Assembly: GCA_017649855.1 (NCBI GenBank)
Contig: JAGCGA010000033.1
Span: 1,016 to 65,015, forward strand
Direction: 5' to 3'
Length of the DNA stretch: 64,000 bases
From: Bacteroidales bacterium
Lineage (GTDB): Bacteria > Bacteroidota > Bacteroidia > Bacteroidales > WCHB1-69
Under the pieces are notes generated by a model. The model did not search any database. It was not told where the DNA came from and saw only the letters and a list, made by a program, of their open reading frames with translations. The position numbers and the translations under genes were made by a program. Numbering within the stretch: the first letter of the stretch is position 1; each line of letters begins with the position of its first letter. Below are positions 63,208-64,000 of the stretch, in pieces.

Positions 63208-64000
63208 TTACATTTCACCTTCGCCTCCGGAATATTCATCTTCTGCAATCCGAACTGGGCGATTACGATAGTTGTTAAGTTTATAGGTGAGATTCAAGGA
63301 GATATTGAAACCGGAGTTCTCACGGATACTGTATGATTCATAACCAATAGGCTCGTCCAGGCCTGACCAGGAGGAGACCTCCATCATACGTACTTTCGGG
63401 ATGAAATAGAGCAAGTTGCGAATGTTCAAGCTGACCACCAAAGAGTTGTCGAGGAATCCTTTCTTCAAGCCCAGGTTCAGGCGGTAGTTGGCGGAGCGGC
63501 GACCTTGGCCGATGCCGTAGGTGCCCCAGCCCATACTTCCAGAGGTCAGCGTGGAGGAACGATAGCGGAAATCGAGTTGAAGGTCGAAATCCTTGCCCAG
63601 CGTGAAGGTCTGGCTCACACCGGCATTCCAAGCCCAGTCGCGGGAGAGGTTCTCATCCAACAGGTTGTCACTGTCGATCAAGTTACGGTAGAAACTGCCG
63701 GTCACGTTGACGCGATACACCTTCTTGACGCGATAGCTGAAGAAGAGCTCGAGGCCGAAGTTCTGGCTCTTGTTAAGGTTCTGGTAGGAGGTCATCGTGT
63801 AGGGCATATCGGTGAGCGGGTCACGAAGGATTTCGGTATAGCGAGTGATCAGGTTGGTACGGCGGCGGTAGAAGGTGGTGAAGGTAAAGGAGCACTTCTG
63901 TTGGGAGTACATATAGCCCAGCTCAAAGGAGTTGGCGAATTCGGGTTCCAGCGCCGGGTTGCCCGTCATGCGGTTCTCGCGGTCGGAGTCGTCAATGAAG
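63208..64000 (-). CDS. TonB-dependent receptor / outer-membrane beta-barrel family protein, C-terminal part (5' end outside the window)
   Basis: The frame stays open to the window edge. It has the barrel strand pattern and NPALEPE-type late TBDR motifs. Confidence 0.6.
   Translation of the reverse strand, partial: FIDDSDRENRMTGNPALEPEFANSFELGYMYSQQKCSFTFTTFYRRRTNLITRYTEILRDPLTDMPYTMTSYQNLNKSQNFGLELFFSYRVKKVYRVNVTGSFYRNLIDSDNLLDENLSRDWAWNAGVSQTFTLGKDFDLQLDFRYRSSTLTSGSMGWGTYGIGQGRRSANYRLNLGLKKGFLDNSLVVSLNIRNLLYFIPKVRMMEVSSWSGLDEPIGYESYSIRENSGFNISLNLTYKLNNYRNRPVRIAEDEYSGGEGEM

Overview
This 64-kb window looks like a Bacteroidota (Bacteroidales, Prevotella-like) chromosome. The clues are T9SS C-terminal sorting domains, repeated TAnnTTTG -7 promoter boxes, a PorV-like barrel and TonB-type barrels. 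It splits into two very different parts.

(1) Bases 1 to about 16000 are a visibly AT-rich accessory or defence island. It holds a partial DUF4143-type ATPase, decayed hsdS and abiH fragments, and a small secreted protein. Its main feature is a tightly packed minus-strand array: T5orf172/GIY-YIG-like, then a 649-aa PIN-like/coiled-coil/2-TM protein, then hsdM, hsdS (with a roughly 200-aa C-terminal extra domain), hsdR, a DUF45/M48 peptidase and abiH. A Fic-family gene follows. I consider the uncharacterised partners wrapped around the type I R-M core the best candidate for an undescribed defence module.

(2) Bases from about 16000 to 64000 are GC-rich core genome with ordinary housekeeping genes:
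- mtgA, ribBA, pgi, aqpZ
- a YbhGFSR-like ABC exporter
- ispG, thiL, prs, prfB (with its +1 frameshift), recX, rng, HU, deoC
- a kal-kce pair and an NhaD-like transporter

Non-coding features stand out:
- Most core intergenic regions carry arrays of degenerate words in a 7-nt register (GGCTGTT/AGCCATT/GACTTTG/AACTATT).
- GC-rich multi-hairpin elements occur at three places. Two of them lie in inverted orientation on either side of the defence array.
- A 29-codon, very basic bS22-like ORF sits between HU and rng and is missing from the ORF track.

All protein calls rest on motif recognition by eye. No database search or computation was run.
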